The notes under the pieces were generated by a model that was given only the letters and a program-made list of their open reading frames with translations, was not told where the DNA came from and made no database searches. A stretch of 64,000 nt of DNA, taken from NCBI RefSeq assembly GCF_000026545.1, contig NC_011601.1; one strand, written 5' to 3'. A program made the position numbers and the translations under genes. Origin of the DNA: Escherichia coli O127:H6 str. E2348/69. Its GTDB lineage: Bacteria > Pseudomonadota > Gammaproteobacteria > Enterobacterales > Enterobacteriaceae. The number at the start of each line of letters is the position of its first letter. The first letter of the stretch is position 1. Shown one piece after another: positions 45,545 to 58,016 of the stretch.

Positions 45545-46303
45545 ATGAAAATTCGCGCCTTATTGGTAGCAATGAGCGTGGCAACGGTACTGACTGGTTG
45601 CCAGAATATGGACTCCAACGGACTGCTCTCATCAGGAGCGGAAGCTTTTCAGGCTTACAGTTTGAGTGATGCGCAGGTGAAAACCCTGAGCGATCAGGCA
45701 TGTCAGGATATGGACAGCAAGGCGACGATTGCGCCAGCCAATAGCGAATACGCTAAACGTCTGACGACAATTTCTCGCGCGTTAGGCGATAACATCAATG
45801 GTCAGCCGGTGAATTACAAAGTGTATATAGCGAAGGATGTGAACGCCTTTGCAATGGCTAACGGCTGTATCCGCGTCTATAGCGGGCTGATGGATATGAT
45901 GACGGATAACGAAGTCGAAGCGGTGCTCGGTCACGAAATGGGGCACGTGGCATTAGGCCATGTGAAGAAAGGAATGCAGGTAGCACTTGGTACAAACGCA
46001 ATTCGCGTTGCGGCGGCCTCTGCAGGCGGAATTGTCGGCAGTTTGTCACAATCACAACTGGGAGACCTGGGCGAAAAGCTAGTCAATTCGCAATTTACCC
46101 AACGTCAGGAATCAGAGGCCGATGATTACTCCTACGATTTGCTGCGCCAACGCGGTATCAGCCCGGCAGGTCTTGCCACCAGCTTTGAAAAACTGGCGAA
46201 ACTGGAAGAAGGCCGCCAAAGCTCAATGTTTGACGACCATCCTGCATCCGCCGAACGCGCCCAGCATATTCGCGATCGTATGAGCGCGGATGGAGTTAAG
46301 TAA
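45545..46303 (+). CDS. loiP: M48-family outer-membrane metalloprotease lipoprotein LoiP (YggG)
   Basis: Met at 45545 gives 252 aa; lipobox LTGC; HEMGH zinc motif. Confidence 0.9.
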   Translation: MKIRALLVAMSVATVLTGCQNMDSNGLLSSGAEAFQAYSLSDAQVKTLSDQACQDMDSKATIAPANSEYAKRLTTISRALGDNINGQPVNYKVYIAKDVNAFAMANGCIRVYSGLMDMMTDNEVEAVLGHEMGHVALGHVKKGMQVALGTNAIRVAAASAGGIVGSLSQSQLGDLGEKLVNSQFTQRQESEADDYSYDLLRQRGISPAGLATSFEKLAKLEEGRQSSMFDDHPASAERAQHIRDRMSADGVK

Positions 46304-46317
46304 AGCCAGGTAGTGCC

Positions 46318-46475
<158 letters not shown>

Positions 46476-46506
46476 ACACATCACCCGTACGCCTCTTATC
46501 TGGCGC

Positions 46507-47427
46507 TTACTCGCCCTTTTTCGCCGCCTGGATATACAGCATCTCCAGCGCCAGCGTCGCCGCAGCCAGAGCGGTGATTTCCGACTGATCGTATGCCGGA
46601 GCCACTTCCACTACGTCCATCCCAACGATGTTGAGATCTTTCAAGCCGCGTACCAGTTTAATGGCGCGATCGGAGGTCAGGCCGCCAATTACCGGCGTAC
46701 CGGTTCCCGGCGCGAAAGCAGGATCCAGGCAGTCGATATCAAAGGTCAGGTAAACCGGCATATCACCCACAATCTGTTTCACCTGGGCGATAATGTCATC
46801 CACGCTGCGATCGTTCACCTGGCAGGCGTCCAGCACGGTAAAGCCGTTGTCTTTATCAAACTCGGTACGAATACCAATCTGCACGGAATGATTCGGGTCG
46901 ATCAGACCTTCTTTCGGCGCGGTATAGAACATAGTGCCGTGGTCAAATTCACAACCGTTCGCATAGGTATCGGTGTGGGCGTCAAAGTGTACCAGTGCCA
47001 TTTTGCCGAAATGCTTCGCATGAGCGCGCAGCAGCGGCAGCGTAACAAAGTGGTCACCACCGAAGGAGAGCATACGCTTACCAGCAGCCAGCAGCTTCTC
47101 GGCGTGCGCCTGCAGCTTCTCGCTCATCTCACGGGCATCGCCGAAGGCATATACCAGATCACCGCAGTCCACGACGTTCAGGCGCTCACGCATGTCGAAA
47201 TTCCACGGGAAGCGGTTGTGTTCCCAGGCCAGATTCGTCGAAACCTGACGGATCGCTGCCGGACCGTGGCGCCCCCCCGCACGGCCAGAAGTGGCCATAT
47301 CGAACGGCACGCCAGTAATCACCCAGTCAGCATCGCTGTCATACGGCTGGAAGTTCATCGGCAGGCGTAAAAAACCAAAGGCGTTGGAAACCAGTGAGTT
47401 ATCGTATTGATGACCTAAGGTGCTCAT
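46507..47427 (-). CDS. speB: agmatinase
   Basis: 306-aa ORF, arginase-fold family. Confidence 0.93.
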   Translation of the reverse strand: MSTLGHQYDNSLVSNAFGFLRLPMNFQPYDSDADWVITGVPFDMATSGRAGGRHGPAAIRQVSTNLAWEHNRFPWNFDMRERLNVVDCGDLVYAFGDAREMSEKLQAHAEKLLAAGKRMLSFGGDHFVTLPLLRAHAKHFGKMALVHFDAHTDTYANGCEFDHGTMFYTAPKEGLIDPNHSVQIGIRTEFDKDNGFTVLDACQVNDRSVDDIIAQVKQIVGDMPVYLTFDIDCLDPAFAPGTGTPVIGGLTSDRAIKLVRGLKDLNIVGMDVVEVAPAYDQSEITALAAATLALEMLYIQAAKKGE

Positions 47428-47455
47428 GGATGGACTCCTATTACAAAGTCGATAT

Positions 47456-47495
47456 AAAAAAACCCTTCCGCGTCGTTAGGCCCGACGAGGAAGGG
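47456..47495 (-). terminator. rho-independent terminator downstream of the lipoprotein gene, just upstream of the speB start
   Basis: Minus-strand hairpin CCCTTCCTCGTCGGGCCTAACGACGCGGAAGGG followed by TTTTTTT. Confidence 0.65.
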
Positions 47496-47562
47496 TTGGA
47501 TTTGCGAAACACAAGTTTGTGCTAATTATCGCCTTAAATGGGCGAGGCATCAAGCAAGGTTG

Positions 47563-48294
47563 CTATTTCCGACACGGTGGCGGCGCATAGCCATTGTTAT
47601 CTGCCGGAAAGGCTTGTCCAGAGCACGGCGGCAGCGCGTTTTTCGCCGCGCCTTGTAATTCAAAGGCGGCAAAGCCTATTACACCGGTATTACGCACATC
47701 GCCTTGCGCCGAATTGGCTGCGTAGGAATCAGCAACGTTGGCGAACTGAAAAGCCGCTTCGGTATGTTTATCTTTGCGGAATCCTTTAATCGCTAACGAA
47801 TCTCCGGCATTCACAATATAACCGTTGTTATTCAGCGAACCTTGTTTACCATTCAGAACATCCAGGCCATCAACCGTAGCAACGATCTCGTAGTTGGTGT
47901 TACGACTGTAATTACGGACATATAATTGATAATTCATTCCGACTCTGGCATGGACAATATAGCGTGGTTCATTATTGGATGAATCATAAACCCGCGTAAT
48001 AGGTAGAGAATTAAAATTACCATCGCGAATAGCATATTCCAGTTCGTTAATACGAATGCTATAAACGCGGTCGTAGCCGGAAGGAACATTAGTCGAATAA
48101 CTAATAACGATCATCTCTGCCGGATCGCGCCAGGCTCGTTCAGCAGATACGCCCTGAACCGTTGAGTGCACATCCCCACCCCAGGCGGTGCCGACATTAC
48201 CCGATGCACTGCTATTATACTGCGCATTACTGGAACAACCGGCCAGCAGCACGGCTAATGCTATCAACGCGCTACGTACTTTCCATTTTTTCAT
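47563..48294 (-). CDS. predicted lipoprotein of unknown function
   Basis: 243-aa ORF; signal peptide with lipobox LLAGC; Shine-Dalgarno GAGGGA; AT-rich promoter-like region upstream (48295-48390); own terminator downstream. Confidence 0.7.
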   Translation of the reverse strand: MKKWKVRSALIALAVLLAGCSSNAQYNSSASGNVGTAWGGDVHSTVQGVSAERAWRDPAEMIVISYSTNVPSGYDRVYSIRINELEYAIRDGNFNSLPITRVYDSSNNEPRYIVHARVGMNYQLYVRNYSRNTNYEIVATVDGLDVLNGKQGSLNNNGYIVNAGDSLAIKGFRKDKHTEAAFQFANVADSYAANSAQGDVRNTGVIGFAAFELQGAAKNALPPCSGQAFPADNNGYAPPPCRK

Positions 48295-48377
48295 AACCGT
48301 TCCCTCTGCATTTAATTAATGCAGCGATTGTAGGGAGATTATTTAATAAGAAAAGCAGCTAAATTATTTTTAAGAAT

Positions 48378-48423
48378 ATATAAAAAGAAAGCGGGCCGAT
48401 TTACGTAAATAAATCGACCCGCC
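48378..48423 (-). terminator. rho-independent terminator of speA
   Basis: Minus-strand imperfect hairpin GCGGGTCGATTTATTTACGTAAATCGGCCCGC followed by a T-rich tract, 17 bp after the speA stop. Confidence 0.6.
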
Positions 48424-48439
48424 AGCGGAATAATCTTAA

Positions 48440-50416
48440 TTATTCATCTTCAAGATAGGTATAACCGTACAAACCTGCCTCGAACTCTTCAAGGAACTGT
48501 TGTTGCAGTTCAGCATCAAGATCGGTTTTCTTCACTTGATCACGGAACTGGGTTAACAACGTTTTCGGATCGAGCTGCACATATTGCAGCATGTCCGCCA
48601 CGGTATCGCCTTCGTCAGACAGTTCCACTTCTACACTACCGTCAGGGAAGACGAACACGTCAACCGCTTCGGTATCACCGAACAGGTTGTGCATGTTGCC
48701 GAGGATCTCCTGATATGCGCCAACCATAAAGAAACCGAGCATCGGCGGATTCTCCGGATCGTACTCCGGCATAGGCATTGTCGTGGCAATACCGTCACCA
48801 TCAATATAGTGGTCGATAGCACCGTCTGAGTCACAGGTAATATCCAGCAGCACAGCGCGGCGTTCCGGCACTTGATCCAGCCCTTCCAGCGGCAGAACCG
48901 GGAACAACTGGTCGATCCCCCACGCATCCGGCATCGACTGGAACAGCGAGAAGTTGACGTACATTTTGTCCGCCATACGTTCCTGCAGCTCGTCGATAAT
49001 CGGACGATGAGCACGGTTTTGCGGATCCAGCTGCTTTTGCACTTCATGGCACATGCTCAAATAAAGCTGCTCAGCCCATGCGCGTTCTTGCAGGCTAAAG
49101 GTGCCGGAAGAGTAGCCGATATGAATATCGTGCAGATCCATCTGGCTGTCGTGTAACCATTCACGCAGAGAACGGCGAGTTCCCGGTTCGTGCATTTCCT
49201 GCCAGGTTTCCCACATGCTTTGCAGGGCGCGCGGTGCGTCTTCTGCAGGCGCGGTCGGCACCGTGTATTCGTTACGTTCCACGCCGATGATATTCGACAC
49301 CAGCACGGTGTGATGCGCAGTCACCGCACGACCCGATTCGGTGATTACCGTCGGATGTGGCAGACCATTTTCTTCACACGCATCACCAATCGCCCAGATG
49401 ATGTTGTTGGCGTATTCATTGAGGCCGTAGTTTACGGAGCAGTCAGACTGCGAACGGGTGCCTTCATAGTCCACGCCCAGACCGCCGCCGACGTCGAAGC
49501 ACTGAATATTGACGCCCAGCTTGTGCAGTTCCACATAGAAACGCGCGGATTCACGAACGCCTGTCGCGATATCGCGAATATTCGCCATCTGCGAACCGAG
49601 GTGGAAGTGCAGCAGTTGCAGACTGTCGAGACGCCCGGCTTCACGCAGCGTTTCAACCAGTTGCAGTACCTGAGTCGCCGCCAGGCCAAACTTCGATTTT
49701 TCCCCGCCGGAGGACTGCCATTTACCCGAGCCTTGCGACGCCAGACGTGCACGCACGCCCAGACGAGGAACAACATTCAGACGTTCTGCTTCATCCAGCA
49801 CAATGGCAATTTCTGACATCTTCTCAATGACCAGATAGACCTTGTGGCCCATCTTCTCGCCAATTAATGCCAGGCGGATATATTCGCGGTCCTTATAACC
49901 GTTGCAGACGATGACGCTACGGGTCATGCCAGCATGTGCCAGCACCGCCATCAACTCAGCTTTGGAACCGGCTTCCAGGCCCAGCGGTTCGCCCGAATGA
50001 ATCAGGGACTCAATCACCCGGCGGTGCTGGTTAACTTTGATCGGATAAACGAGGAAGTAATCGCCGTTATAGCCGTAGGATTCCCGCGCTCGTTTGAACG
50101 CGGCGTTAATGGAACGCAAACGGTGCTGCAGGATCTGTGGGAAACAGAACAGTGCAGGCAGACGCTGGCCCTGTGCTTCACGAGTTTTCACTAACTGCGC
50201 GAGATCGACGCGAGCTTCCGGGACGTCCGGGTCCGGGCACACGCTAATGTGGCCCAGCTCGTTAACGTCATAGTAGTTATTGCCCCACCAGGCAATATTG
50301 TAAGTACGCAGCATCTTGCTGGCTTCCTGGGAGCTCATTGCAACCTCCTGCATGGAGCGTAGTACACCGTGTTCGCCCGCTGACGAAGGCAAACCCATAG
50401 ACATGTCGTCAGACAT
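48440..50416 (-). CDS. speA: biosynthetic arginine decarboxylase
   Basis: Met at 50416 ([12 protein letters not shown]) gives 658 aa; PLP-dependent fold III decarboxylase. Confidence 0.93.
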
Positions 50417-50424
50417 AGCGAACC

Positions 50425-50556
50425 TCAAATTATTTTATTAAGTGTAAAACAGTTAACGACTATCGCAGCCTGGAACTGCGATAACAACCCATAAGCACAT
50501 GGATTTTCCAGCAGTGAATGCTGACGCTCCAACTGCGCAACCGGTTTCTTTTTCAT
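50425..50556 (-). CDS. yqgB: small protein YqgB (43 aa)
   Basis: Minus-strand ORF translating to [43 protein letters not shown], immediately upstream of speA. Confidence 0.6.
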
Positions 50557-50691
50557 AACATTATTAAGCACATAACCGAACGTAAGTGTGACAGTTCGGC
50601 GAAACCACGAGAAAACTCTTGTTTTTACAAGAGCGCCCTTGTTCAGTCCTCAGTAGCTGTAACCAGCTCTTGAATCCTGAGAAGCGCCGAG

Positions 50692-50907
50692 ATGGGTATA
50701 ACATCGGCAGGTATGCAAAGCAGAGATGCAGAGTGCGGGGAACGAATCTTCACCAGAACGGTGAGACAGGTTAAGCAGCAGACAACGGTTCATTATTTCG
50801 TATCACCTCCACGGCCGCCTGTTAAGACGAACCCACAAGCCAAAACTCTGTTTTCAACCCGGCTGGAAGTGGCAACACGAAAGAAACGTCGTGTGCTTTT
50901 TATTTAA
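50692..50907 (+). CDS. yqgC: small hypothetical protein (YqgC-like, 71 aa)
   Basis: Track ORF; position and length match my recollection of yqgC; no recognizable domain. Confidence 0.4.
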   Translation: MGITSAGMQSRDAECGERIFTRTVRQVKQQTTVHYFVSPPRPPVKTNPQAKTLFSTRLEVATRKKRRVLFI

Positions 50908-51170
50908 GCCGCGCGCCGCGTTTTATACCCCACAATGGCAGAAAATTGCAAAAGATAAATACGCAGAATGCCAGCATTGTCAGGAAAAATTTCCAGCCAC
51001 GTTTTTAACAGAATGAGACACGATTCAAAAAAAAGTGGAAATCGGGTGAAGAATTGACCTAAAATAGCCATCCAGATGTTAATCCATCCATACCGATTAA
51101 CACTCAGACTGCCAGTGTTTTTAACCTGCAGAGTCGTGGTAGGATCCGCTACCACAGAAAATCCACACAA
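50904..51170 (-). CDS. yqgD: small hypothetical membrane protein (YqgD-like)
   Basis: Track ORF of 88 aa with hydrophobic segments, divergent from metK; identity uncertain. Confidence 0.4.
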   Translation of the reverse strand: MCGFSVVADPTTTLQVKNTGSLSVNRYGWINIWMAILGQFFTRFPLFFESCLILLKTWLEIFPDNAGILRIYLLQFSAIVGYKTRRAA

Positions 51171-51210
51171 CAGTTTGAGCTAACCAAATTCTCTTTAGGT
51201 GATATTAAAT

Positions 51211-52365
51211 ATGGCAAAACACCTTTTTACGTCCGAGTCCGTCTCTGAAGGGCATCCTGACAAAATTGCTGACCAAATCTCTGATGCCGTTTTAGACGCG
51301 ATCCTCGAACAGGATCCGAAAGCACGCGTTGCTTGCGAAACCTACGTAAAAACCGGCATGGTTTTAGTTGGCGGCGAAATCACCACCAGCGCCTGGGTAG
51401 ACATCGAAGAGATCACCCGTAACACCGTTCGCGAAATTGGCTATGTGCATTCCGACATGGGCTTTGACGCTAATTCCTGTGCGGTTCTGAGCGCTATCGG
51501 CAAACAGTCTCCTGACATCAACCAGGGCGTTGACCGTGCCGATCCGCTGGAACAGGGCGCGGGTGACCAGGGTCTGATGTTTGGCTACGCAACCAATGAA
51601 ACCGACGTGCTGATGCCAGCGCCTATCACCTATGCACACCGTCTGGTACAGCGTCAGGCTGAAGTGCGTAAAAACGGCACTCTGCCGTGGCTGCGCCCGG
51701 ACGCGAAAAGCCAGGTGACTTTCCAGTATGACGACGGCAAAATCGTTGGTATCGATGCTGTCGTGCTTTCCACTCAGCACTCTGAAGAAATCGACCAGAA
51801 ATCGCTGCAAGAAGCGGTAATGGAAGAGATCATCAAGCCGATTCTGCCGGCTGAATGGCTGACTTCTGCCACCAAATTCTTCATCAACCCGACCGGTCGT
51901 TTTGTTATCGGTGGCCCGATGGGTGACTGCGGTCTGACTGGTCGTAAAATTATCGTTGATACCTACGGCGGCATGGCACGTCACGGTGGTGGTGCATTCT
52001 CTGGTAAAGATCCATCAAAAGTGGACCGTTCCGCAGCGTACGCAGCACGTTATGTCGCGAAAAACATCGTTGCTGCTGGCCTGGCCGATCGTTGTGAAAT
52101 TCAGGTTTCCTACGCAATCGGCGTGGCTGAACCGACCTCTATCATGGTGGAAACTTTCGGTACCGAGAAAGTGCCTTCTGAACAACTGACTCTGCTGGTA
52201 CGTGAGTTCTTTGACCTGCGTCCATACGGTCTGATTCAGATGCTGGATCTGCTGCACCCGATCTACAAAGAAACCGCAGCATACGGTCACTTTGGTCGCG
52301 AACATTTCCCGTGGGAAAAAACCGACAAAGCGCAGCTGCTGCGCGATGCTGCCGGTCTGAAGTAA
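51211..52365 (+). CDS. metK: S-adenosylmethionine synthetase
   Basis: Met at 51211 ([18 protein letters not shown]) gives 384 aa. Confidence 0.96.
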
Positions 52366-52385
52366 TCTTTCTTCACCTGCTTTCA

Positions 52386-52418
52386 AAGGCCAGCCTCGCG
52401 CTGGCCTTTTTCTTTTAC
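52386..52418 (+). terminator. rho-independent terminator of metK
   Basis: AAGGCCAGCCTCGCGCTGGCCTT followed by TTTCTTTT. Confidence 0.8.
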
Positions 52419-52800
52419 CTCACCGCGGTGGATAGGCGTTCACGCGGCATCCGGCAAAAAGCTGCCCGCACAATAACATCATTCTTCCTGAACACGTTTT
52501 ACCGCAAATTATCATCGCTACTGAAACCGATTACACCAACCACACCAGACAAAGATTTGTAATATTTTCATATTATTATTCGGTTTTCACAGTTGTTACA
52601 TTTCTTTTCAGTAAAGTCTTAATTGCAGATAACAGCCTTTAATCTATGATGATATAACTCAATTATTTTCATACACTTAAATCATAACTAAGATAAATGT
52701 TAGTGTAAGCGATTACACTGATGTGATTTGCTTCACATCTTTTTACGTCGTACTCACCTATCTTAATTCACAATAAAAAATAACCATATTGGAGGGCATC

Positions 52801-54195
52801 ATGCCTGACGCTAAAAAACAGGGGCGGTCAAACAAGGCAATGACGTTTTTCGTCTGCTTCCTTGCTGCTCTGGCGGGATTACTCTTTGGCCTGGATATCG
52901 GTGTAATTGCTGGCGCACTGCCGTTTATTGCAGATGAATTCCAGATTACTTCGCACACGCAAGAATGGGTCGTAAGCTCCATGATGTTCGGTGCGGCAGT
53001 CGGTGCGGTGGGCAGCGGCTGGCTCTCCTTTAAACTCGGGCGCAAAAAGAGCCTGATGATCGGCGCAATCCTGTTTGTTGCCGGTTCACTGTTCTCTGCG
53101 GCTGCGCCAAACGTTGAAGTACTGATTCTTTCCCGCGTTCTGCTGGGGCTGGCGGTGGGTGTGGCCTCTTATACCGCACCACTGTACCTGTCAGAAATTG
53201 CGCCGGAAAAAATTCGCGGCAGTATGATCTCGATGTATCAGTTGATGATCACTATCGGGATCCTCGGCGCTTATCTTTCTGATACCGCCTTCAGCTACAC
53301 CGGTGCATGGCGCTGGATGCTGGGTGTGATTATCATCCCGGCAATTTTGCTGCTGATTGGTGTCTTCTTCCTGCCAGACAGCCCACGTTGGTTTGCCGCC
53401 AAACGCCGTTTTGTTGATGCCGAACGCGTGCTGCTACGCCTGCGTGACACCAGCGCGGAAGCGAAACGCGAACTGGATGAAATCCGTGAAAGTTTGCAGG
53501 TTAAACAGAGTGGCTGGGCGCTGTTTAAAGAGAATAGCAACTTCCGCCGCGCGGTGTTCCTTGGCGTACTATTGCAGGTAATGCAGCAATTCACCGGGAT
53601 GAACGTCATCATGTATTACGCGCCGAAAATCTTCGAACTGGCGGGTTATACCAACACCACCGAGCAAATGTGGGGGACAGTGATTGTCGGCCTGACCAAC
53701 GTACTTGCCACCTTTATCGCAATCGGCCTTGTTGACCGCTGGGGACGTAAACCAACGCTAACGCTGGGCTTCCTGGTGATGGCTGCTGGTATGGGCGTAC
53801 TCGGTACAATGATGCATATCGGTATCCACTCTCCGTCGGCGCAGTATTTCGCCATCGCCATGCTGCTGATGTTTATTGTCGGTTTTGCCATGAGTGCCGG
53901 TCCGCTGATTTGGGTACTGTGCTCCGAAATTCAGCCGCTGAAAGGCCGCGATTTTGGCATCACCTGCTCCACTGCCACCAACTGGATTGCCAACATGATC
54001 GTTGGCGCAACGTTCCTGACCATGCTCAACACGCTGGGTAACGCCAACACCTTCTGGGTGTATGCTGCTCTGAACGTACTGTTTATCCTGCTGACATTGT
54101 GGCTGGTACCGGAAACCAAACACGTTTCGCTGGAACATATTGAACGTAATCTGATGAAAGGTCGTAAACTGCGCGAAATCGGCGCTCACGATTAA
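52801..54195 (+). CDS. galP: galactose:H+ symporter (MFS sugar porter)
   Basis: Met at 52801 after GGAGGG gives 464 aa; 12 TM helices with sugar-porter motifs. Confidence 0.95.
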   Translation: MPDAKKQGRSNKAMTFFVCFLAALAGLLFGLDIGVIAGALPFIADEFQITSHTQEWVVSSMMFGAAVGAVGSGWLSFKLGRKKSLMIGAILFVAGSLFSAAAPNVEVLILSRVLLGLAVGVASYTAPLYLSEIAPEKIRGSMISMYQLMITIGILGAYLSDTAFSYTGAWRWMLGVIIIPAILLLIGVFFLPDSPRWFAAKRRFVDAERVLLRLRDTSAEAKRELDEIRESLQVKQSGWALFKENSNFRRAVFLGVLLQVMQQFTGMNVIMYYAPKIFELAGYTNTTEQMWGTVIVGLTNVLATFIAIGLVDRWGRKPTLTLGFLVMAAGMGVLGTMMHIGIHSPSAQYFAIAMLLMFIVGFAMSAGPLIWVLCSEIQPLKGRDFGITCSTATNWIANMIVGATFLTMLNTLGNANTFWVYAALNVLFILLTLWLVPETKHVSLEHIERNLMKGRKLREIGAHD

Positions 54196-54271
54196 TCTCC
54201 TCAGGCTTCCTCCCATCATGGAGGAAGCCACCTCTTGCAGTCATCTTTTCTTCGCTCTATCCTCTGCCGCT

Positions 54272-54769
54272 ATGAAAACATCCCGTCTCCCTATCGCCAT
54301 CCAACAGGCCGTTATGCGTCGCCTGCGGGAAAAACTCGCCCAGGCCAACCTGAAGCTAGGGCGTAACTACCCGGAGCCAAAACTCTCTTACACCCAGCGC
54401 GGAACCTCTGCCGGAACAGCCTGGCTGGAAAGCTATGAAATTCGCCTCAATCCCGTTTTGCTGTTGGAAAACAGTGAAGCCTTTATTGAAGAGGTAGTGC
54501 CACACGAACTGGCACATTTGCTGGTATGGAAACATTTCGGGCGCGTAGCGCCACATGGCAAAGAGTGGAAGTGGATGATGGAAAGCGTGCTGGGCGTTCC
54601 CGCCCGTCGTACGCATCAGTTCGAACTGCAATCCGTGCGCCGCAACACCTTCCCCTACCGCTGCAAGTGCCAGGAGCATCAGCTTACCGTACGCCGCCAT
54701 AATCGCGTAGTTCGTGGCGAAGCCGTCTATCGCTGTGTTCACTGCGGCGAACAACTGGTCGCAAAATAA
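54272..54769 (+). CDS. sprT: SprT-family zinc metallopeptidase-like protein (YggI)
   Basis: Met at 54272 ([11 protein letters not shown]) gives 165 aa; HExxH (HELAH) and C-terminal Cys pairs. Confidence 0.88.
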   Translation: MKTSRLPIAIQQAVMRRLREKLAQANLKLGRNYPEPKLSYTQRGTSAGTAWLESYEIRLNPVLLLENSEAFIEEVVPHELAHLLVWKHFGRVAPHGKEWKWMMESVLGVPARRTHQFELQSVRRNTFPYRCKCQEHQLTVRRHNRVVRGEAVYRCVHCGEQLVAK

Positions 54770-54863
54770 CCACCTGAACTATCAGGAACTTTCCTGATCT
54801 GGCTGATTGCATACCAAAACAACTTTCGCTACGTTGCTGGCTCGTTTTAACACGGAGTAAGTG

Positions 54864-55571
54864 ATGTACCGTTATTTGTCTATTGCTGCGGTGGTACTGA
54901 GCGCAGCATTTTCCGGCCCGGCGTTGGCCGAAGGTATCAATAGTTTTTCTCAGGCGAAAGCCGCGGCGGTAAAAGTCCACGCTGACGCGCCCGGTACGTT
55001 TTATTGCGGATGTAAAATTAACTGGCAGGGCAAAAAAGGCGTTGTTGATCTGCAATCGTGCGGCTATCAGGTGCGAAAAAATGAAAACCGTGCCAGCCGC
55101 GTAGAGTGGGAACACGTCGTTCCTGCCTGGCAATTCGGTCACCAGCGCCAGTGCTGGCAGGACGGTGGACGTAAAAATTGCGCCAAAGATCCGGTTTATC
55201 GCCAAATGGAAAGCGATATGCATAACCTGCAGCCCGCGATAGGTGAAGTGAACGGCGATCGCGGCAACTTTATGTACAGCCAGTGGAATGGCGGCGAGGG
55301 TCAGTATGGGCAGTGCGCCATGAAGGTTGATTTCAAAGAAAAAGTTGCTGAACCGCCAGCTCATGCCCGTGGCCCCATTGCGCGGATTTACTTCTACATG
55401 CGTGACCAGTACAACCTGAACCTCTCACGCCAGCAAACGCAGCTGTTTAACGCCTGGAACAAGATGTATCCGGTCACCGACTGGGAGTGTGAGCGTGACG
55501 AACGCATCGCGAAGGTGCAAGGCAATCACAACCCGTATGTGCAACGCGCTTGCCAGGCGCGAAAGAGCTAA
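54864..55571 (+). CDS. endA: periplasmic DNA-specific endonuclease I
   Basis: 235-aa ORF with signal peptide. Confidence 0.92.
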   Translation: MYRYLSIAAVVLSAAFSGPALAEGINSFSQAKAAAVKVHADAPGTFYCGCKINWQGKKGVVDLQSCGYQVRKNENRASRVEWEHVVPAWQFGHQRQCWQDGGRKNCAKDPVYRQMESDMHNLQPAIGEVNGDRGNFMYSQWNGGEGQYGQCAMKVDFKEKVAEPPAHARGPIARIYFYMRDQYNLNLSRQQTQLFNAWNKMYPVTDWECERDERIAKVQGNHNPYVQRACQARKS

Positions 55572-55649
55572 CCTACACTAGCGAAATTCTTTTTGTTAAC
55601 CCTACCCCACGCGCGCAACCGCGTGGGGAGACGACGCGGATTTTTAACC

Positions 55650-56381
55650 ATGCGTATCCCCCGCATTTATCATCCTGAACCACTGACCAGCCATTCTCAC
55701 ATCGCGCTTTGCGAAGATGCCGCCAACCATATCGGGCGCGTACTGCGTATGGGGCCGGGACAGGCGCTGCAATTGTTTGACGGCAGCAACCAGGTCTTTG
55801 ACGCCGAAATTACCAGCGCCAGCAAAAAAAGCGTGGAAGTGAAGGTGCTGGAAGGCCAGATCGACGATCGCGAATCTCCGCTGCATATTCACCTCGGTCA
55901 GGTGATATCGCGTGGTGAAAAAATGGAATTTACTATCCAGAAATCGATCGAACTCGGTGTAAGCCTCATTACGCCACTTTTTTCTGAGCGCTGCGGCGTT
56001 AAACTGGATAGTGAACGTCTGAACAAGAAGCTCCAGCAGTGGCAGAAGATTGCAATTGCTGCCTGTGAGCAGTGTGGCCGTAACCGGGTGCCGGAAATCC
56101 GTCCAGCGATGGATCTGGAAGCCTGGTGTGCAGAGCAGGATGAAGGACTGAAACTGAATCTTCACCCGCGCGCCAGTAACAGCATCAATACGTTGCCGTT
56201 ACCGGTCGAACGCGTCCGCCTGCTGATTGGCCCGGAAGGCGGTTTATCGGCAGATGAAATTGCCATGACTGCCCGCTATCAATTTACTGATATCCTGTTG
56301 GGACCTCGCGTTTTGCGTACTGAGACAACTGCGCTCACCGCCATTACCGCGCTACAAGTGCGTTTTGGCGATTTGGGCTAA
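55650..56381 (+). CDS. rsmE: 16S rRNA m3U1498 methyltransferase
   Basis: Met at 55650 ([12 protein letters not shown]) gives 243 aa; SPOUT-fold family. Confidence 0.9.
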   Translation: MRIPRIYHPEPLTSHSHIALCEDAANHIGRVLRMGPGQALQLFDGSNQVFDAEITSASKKSVEVKVLEGQIDDRESPLHIHLGQVISRGEKMEFTIQKSIELGVSLITPLFSERCGVKLDSERLNKKLQQWQKIAIAACEQCGRNRVPEIRPAMDLEAWCAEQDEGLKLNLHPRASNSINTLPLPVERVRLLIGPEGGLSADEIAMTARYQFTDILLGPRVLRTETTALTAITALQVRFGDLG

Positions 56382-56393
56382 CGGAGAAGAATA

Positions 56394-57344
56394 ATGATCA
56401 AGCTCGGCATCGTGATGGACCCCATCGCAAACATCAACATCAAGAAAGATTCCAGTTTCGCTATGTTGCTGGAAGCACAGCGTCGTGGTTACGAACTTCA
56501 CTATATGGAGATGGCCGATCTCTATTTGATCAATGGTGAGGCTCGCGCTCGTACCCGTACTTTGAGCGTCGAACAGAACTACGATAAATGGTACGAGTTC
56601 ACGGGTGAGCAGGATCTGCCGCTGGCCGATCTCGATGTGATCCTGATGCGTAAAGACCCGCCGTTTGATACCGAGTTTATCTACGCGACCTATATTCTGG
56701 AACGTGCCGAAGAGAAAGGGACGCTGATCGTTAACAAGCCGCAGAGCCTGCGCGATTGTAACGAAAAACTGTTCACTGCCTGGTTCTCTGACTTAACACC
56801 AGAAACGCTGGTCACACGCAATAAAGCGCAGCTAAAAGCTTTCTGGGAAAAACACAGCGACATCATTCTTAAGCCGCTGGACGGTATGGGCGGCGCGTCG
56901 ATTTTCCGCGTGAAAGAAGGTGATCCAAACCTCGGCGTGATTGCCGAAACCCTGACTGAGCATGGCACTCGCTACTGCATGGCGCAAAATTACCTGCCAG
57001 CCATTAAAGATGGCGACAAACGCGTGCTGGTAGTGGATGGCGAGCCGGTGCCGTATTGCCTGGCGCGTATTCCGCAGGGGGGCGAAACCCGTGGCAATCT
57101 GGCTGCCGGTGGTCGCGGTGAACCTCGTCCGCTAACGGAGAGTGACTGGAAAATCGCCCGTCAGATCGGACCGACGCTGAAAGAAAAAGGGCTGATTTTT
57201 GTTGGTCTGGATATCATTGGCGACCGTCTGACTGAAATTAACGTCACCAGCCCAACCTGTATTCGTGAGATTGAAGCAGAGTTTCCGGTGTCGATCACCG
57301 GAATGTTAATGGATGCCATCGAAGCACGTTTACAGCAGCAGTAA
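56394..57344 (+). CDS. gshB: glutathione synthetase
   Basis: 316-aa ORF, ATP-grasp family (MIKLGIVMDPI). Confidence 0.95.
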   Translation: MIKLGIVMDPIANINIKKDSSFAMLLEAQRRGYELHYMEMADLYLINGEARARTRTLSVEQNYDKWYEFTGEQDLPLADLDVILMRKDPPFDTEFIYATYILERAEEKGTLIVNKPQSLRDCNEKLFTAWFSDLTPETLVTRNKAQLKAFWEKHSDIILKPLDGMGGASIFRVKEGDPNLGVIAETLTEHGTRYCMAQNYLPAIKDGDKRVLVVDGEPVPYCLARIPQGGETRGNLAAGGRGEPRPLTESDWKIARQIGPTLKEKGLIFVGLDIIGDRLTEINVTSPTCIREIEAEFPVSITGMLMDAIEARLQQQ

Positions 57345-57452
57345 CCCACCTTAGCGAGAAGGATCTCGTTGAGACTCTGAGTGACAGCGCCCTTCTTTCC
57401 ACGCATACTGGGCGCTGTTGCTTTTTTGAACCAGGAAACAGAACCTCTGACA

Positions 57453-58016
57453 ATGAATTTACAGCATCACTTTCTTATTGCCATGCCTGCTCTCCAGGAT
57501 CCGATTTTCCGTCGTTCCGTGGTCTACATTTGCGAACATAATACCAATGGTGCAATGGGGATCATCGTCAACAAGCCGCTGGAAAATCTCAAAATTGAAG
57601 GGATTCTGGAAAAGCTGAAGATCACGCCGGAGCCGCGTGATGAATCAATCCGTCTGGATAAACCGGTTATGCTCGGCGGCCCACTGGCTGAAGATCGCGG
57701 GTTTATTTTGCATACTCCGCCCTCCAATTTTGCTTCCAGCATTCGCATTTCAGACAACACGGTGATGACCACTTCCCGCGATGTGCTGGAAACGCTCGGC
57801 ACCGATAAACAACCGTCTGACGTATTGGTGGCGCTGGGTTATGCCTCCTGGGAGAAAGGTCAACTGGAACAAGAAATTCTCGATAACGCGTGGCTAACGG
57901 CCCCGGCAGATCTGAATATTCTGTTCAAAACGCCGATTGCCGACCGCTGGCGCGATGCGGCAAAACTGATTGGTGTGGATATTCTCACCATGCCTGGCGT
58001 TGCGGGGCACGCCTGA
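57453..58016 (+). CDS. yqgE: UPF0301/DUF179 family protein YqgE
   Basis: Met at 57453 ([12 protein letters not shown]) gives 187 aa; stop overlaps the ruvX start (ATGA). Confidence 0.88.
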
